From assembly GCA_963764885.1 (NCBI GenBank), contig CAVXUH010000009.1:331850-395849 (forward strand): a DNA stretch of 64,000 nt. The letters are read 5' to 3'. This DNA comes from Candidatus Aminicenantes bacterium. GTDB taxonomy: Bacteria > Acidobacteriota > Aminicenantia > Aminicenantales > UBA8522. The notes below the pieces were generated by a model. That model was not told where the DNA came from, made no database searches, and was given only the letters and a program-made list of their open reading frames with translations. Each line of letters opens with the position of its first letter. Position 1 is the first letter of the stretch. This document shows, one piece after another, positions 58,051 through 64,000 of the stretch. Both the position numbers and the translations under genes were made by a program.

Positions 58051-59010
58051 TCAATAATACTTCCGCAGGTTCATGCCCGCGTACAAGCTCTCGACCTGGT
58101 CTTGATAACCGTTGAACATGAGCGTCGGGCGCTTGCCGCTCTCGCCGATCCGGCGCTCGTTGGCCTGGCTCCAGCGGGGATGGGAGACGTTCGGGTTGAC
58201 GTTGGCGTAGAAGCCGTACTCCTCGGGCGCCACCCGCGACCAGGCGGTCTTCGGCATCTTGTCCACGAAACTTGACCTTGACGATGGATTTGACGCTCTT
58301 GAACCCATATTTCCAGGGAACGACCAGCCGGATAGGCGCGCCGTTCTGGGGGGGCAACGGCTCGCCGTACATCCCCACGCCGAGAAGCGCCAGGGGGTGC
58401 ATCGCCTCGTCCAGCCGCAGGCCCTCGACGTAGGGCCAGCGGAGGACGCCGTCGTTCTGCATCGGCATCTGCTTGGGATCGAAAAGCGTCGTGAACTCCA
58501 CGAACTTGGCGGCGGGCGCCGGCTCGCACTTCCTGATGAAATCGCCGAGTGGGATCCCGTCCCAGGGGATGACCATCGACCAGGCTTCGACGCAGCGCCA
58601 GCGGTAAATGCGCTCTTCGACGGGGAACATGCGGATGAGCTCATCGACCTCGAACGTGAGCGGCCGCTTCACCAGGCCTGCGACCGCGACCGTCCAGGGC
58701 CGGGTGCGCAGGTCCCGGGCCAGATTGGCGGGGTCGCGCTTGGCCGTCGAGAATTCGTAATAGTTCGTGTAACCGGTAGCGTCCACGACCGGCGTGATCT
58801 TTTCGTCGCCGGCGAAGATTGACGCGTTTGGCGATGACGAGCTTGGCGGGCGGCCCGCCGGCCACGGGACCGGCTTGCCCGGCGGATTGCTGCGGGAACA
58901 GGGCGGACGTCCCGGCGCCGGAGACAAGCGCCCCGGCGGCCAGAGCCGCCGACCCGGCGATAAAGTCCCGGCGCCTCAGGTAGAGCTTCTTGGGAGTAAC
59001 CTCGGAATAT
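58051..59010 (-). CDS. msrP: protein-methionine-sulfoxide reductase catalytic subunit MsrP (YedY, molybdopterin), Tat signal, one or two apparent frameshifts and no canonical start found
   Basis: Strong by-eye match to E. coli MsrP ([82 protein letters not shown]); Tat motif [17 protein letters not shown] in a third frame. Confidence 0.7.
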
Positions 59011-59171
59011 TCTAGGTGCGGCTGCTTTTCTGATCAGCATCTTCAACCTCTGAAGATGCTCCTCTGTTACTTATTCTTTTACGGGACCGGCCGGCGGACA
59101 GTCAAGCTGAACGTCGGGCTCATTCGGGATCGAGTTGGGATCAGCCTGACCGCCGGTATATAATAAAAAAG

Positions 59172-59846
59172 TTGCTTGGAATGTCCGAGATGAACCCCAG
59201 CCGCTCCCGCCAGCTGTTTGAAACCGTCCGCGACGAGGCCAGGGCCTGCTTCGGCAGCGCCCGGGGAAGCCACGACTGGGACCACACTGAGCGCGTACTC
59301 GAGCTCTGCCTCAGGATCGGCCGCAGGGAAAAGGCCGACCTTGAGGTTTTGCGGCTGGCCGCCGTCCTCCACGACATCGGGCGCGAGGAGGAGGACAAGT
59401 CGGGCGGCACCCTTTGTCACGGGGCGAGGGGAGCGGCGCTCGCCGCGGAAATACTGAAGCGGCATGGGATCGAGAAGGAAACGATCGCCCGCGTCGTCCA
59501 CTGCATCGCGGCCCATCGGTTCCGGGGCCGGCACCGTCCCGAGACGCTCGAGGCCAAGATCCTTTTCGACGCGGACAAGCTGGATTCGATCGGCGCCGTG
59601 GGCATCGGCCGGGCGTTCCTGTTCGCCGGCGAGGTCGGCGCCAGGCTCCATGACCCTGACATCGACGTCGCCAGGACGAAGCCCTATTCCCGCGAAGACA
59701 CCGCCTATCGGGAATTTCTGGTGAAGCTCAGCCGCATCAAAGACCGGCTATTCACCCGTGAGGGGAAGCGCCTCGCCCGGGAACGGCACCGGTTCATGAC
59801 CGGGTTCTTCGACCGTCTGAACAGGGAAACCCGCGGCCTGGCCTGA
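59172..59846 (+). CDS. HD-domain phosphohydrolase
   Basis: 224 aa; H...HDIGR...D motif; start may be 59187 (MSEMNPS). Confidence 0.65.
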   Translation: MLGMSEMNPSRSRQLFETVRDEARACFGSARGSHDWDHTERVLELCLRIGRREKADLEVLRLAAVLHDIGREEEDKSGGTLCHGARGAALAAEILKRHGIEKETIARVVHCIAAHRFRGRHRPETLEAKILFDADKLDSIGAVGIGRAFLFAGEVGARLHDPDIDVARTKPYSREDTAYREFLVKLSRIKDRLFTREGKRLARERHRFMTGFFDRLNRETRGLA

Positions 59847-59852
59847 GCTCCC

Positions 59853-60945
59853 TCACCCGAGGCGCAACGCCTCATCGACCATGGCGAGATAGTTCTCGAC
59901 CGGCACATAGCTCGGAATGGAATTGCCCGAGCCGACGGCGTACCGGCCCCGCCCGCCGCAGGTCTCGATCAGCTCCCGGGTCCTTCGCCTGACGGCTTCC
60001 TCGGTGGAATGGGAGAGGGTGTTGACATCCAGCCCCCCCAGCACCGCGATCCGGCCACCGTAGCGGGCCTGGAAGTCCTCGACCCGGATGATGGCGTCTT
60101 CATAGGAGTGCTTGCCGTCGATGCCGACGTCGGAGATCAGGTCCTCCATGATCCCCAGGACCTTGCCGCAGGAATGGAGGAAATAGGGCTTCCCCCGGGC
60201 GTGGGCCAGCCCCGCGAACTTCTTCTGCCAGGGGAGGCAGTAGGCCCTGAGGTCCGCCGGCGAGATGAGCGTTCCCGTCTTGAATCCCATATCGTCGCCC
60301 CCGAAGACCGCCGCGATCCGGTCAAGGTCAAGGAGGTTCCGGTAAAACTCGACGAGGAGCGCGCCCACCCTCTCCGAAACCGCCTTGACCAGCCCGGGGT
60401 TGTCGATGAGGGCGAAGCACAGTCCTTCGTAGGACATGATCCACGAGAGATGCTCGTAGATGCCGCCCGCGTGGCAGGTGAGCAGGCCCATCCCGTCCGG
60501 GAGATGGGCGCTGATGTACTCGAAGGGGAAAAAGTCCATCTCCATCGACCCTCGGCCAGGCGTAGCGCTCGAAATCCTCCCAGGTCTGGATGGTGCCGGC
60601 GTGCTCCTCGGCCCAGGCCCGCTGCTTGGTCGAGCCGGGGGCCGCATCGGGGACGACCGTCTGCTTCAGCGGGAAGGGCAACCCCCGCTCGAAGCGCACG
60701 CAGTCGTAACCCAGGCGGTACCAGAACTCGATGAAATTGTCGAGATAGGCCCGCTGCGATTCGCGGTCTTGCCCCTCGGCGGCCCACTCGCGGCCCAAGA
60801 CACCGGTCACGATGGGCTTCATCACAACGTCATCGACAAGGTATTCGACGAGCGGCGGCCTCGCGGTCCGGGTCTCGCCCATCAGGACCGAAATGAACCG
60901 CCCGGCGTCGGGCTGCGGATTCCGGAGCGGCAGATGTGTGGGCAT
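59853..60945 (-). CDS. uroporphyrinogen decarboxylase (URO-D) family / MtaA-CmuA-like methyltransferase, one apparent frameshift near 60540
   Basis: N-terminus MPTHLPLRNP... in the 836-aa antisense composite ORF frame, C-terminal 264 aa in ORF 59853..60647. Confidence 0.5.
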
Positions 60946-61050
60946 GCCGTATTCATACTGAAAAACCGGGCCCGTGGCAAGCACGAGGGTTTGACGCTCG
61001 GGGGCGGCGCGGATAGAATGATATTGATATTGTCGGTCCAGGGATGAGCG

Positions 61051-64000
<2,950 letters not shown>

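Overview
High-GC (about 65-70% by eye), gene-dense bacterial chromosomal segment with no obvious mobile elements, CRISPR arrays or rRNA/tRNA genes. Most genes are housekeeping or metabolic. Gene order from left to right: (1) peptide/amino-acid catabolism and housekeeping genes (NhaC antiporter remnant, isoaspartyl dipeptidase, M29 aminopeptidase, PpiD-like chaperone, acyl-CoA dehydrogenase, HIT, HU/IHF, rpsA, ispH); (2) a minus-strand GGT / lipoprotein / GntP-like permease / AstE-AspA-family hydrolase operon; (3) scpB-scpA-trpS-site-2 protease, then glnA divergent from an Lrp regulator and AdoMet decarboxylase; (4) an M1 aminopeptidase; (5) a sigma54-type response regulator plus a 952-aa PDZ-containing histidine kinase, divergent from a type IV pilus-like operon pilC-pilB-pilM-pilN-pilO-pilP-pilQ in which the secretin carries an N-terminal TPR lipoprotein domain and a C-terminal cohesin-like domain; (6) an NTPase-MoeB-MoaD-aldehyde:ferredoxin oxidoreductase (tungsten-type AOR)-tandem class II aldolase module; (7) a large minus-strand bioenergetic cluster: formate-dehydrogenase-like molybdopterin subunit, HydB/AsrA-like and HydG/AsrB-like subunits, a truncated relic of a hydrogenase maturation protease, a five-gene group-4 [NiFe]-hydrogenase (HycC/E/D/F/G-like), and a response regulator plus two histidine kinases; (8) SMP-30 lactonase-like, CbiX-like, MsrP, HD hydrolase, UroD/MtaA-like, PolX and the start of ligA. 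At least 12 conserved genes, including essential rpsA and HU/IHF, are interrupted by apparent frameshifts, which looks more like sequence/assembly error than real pseudogenisation. Several promoters can be read directly; a recurrent geometry places the start codon about 7 nt after the -10 box, suggesting leaderless transcripts.
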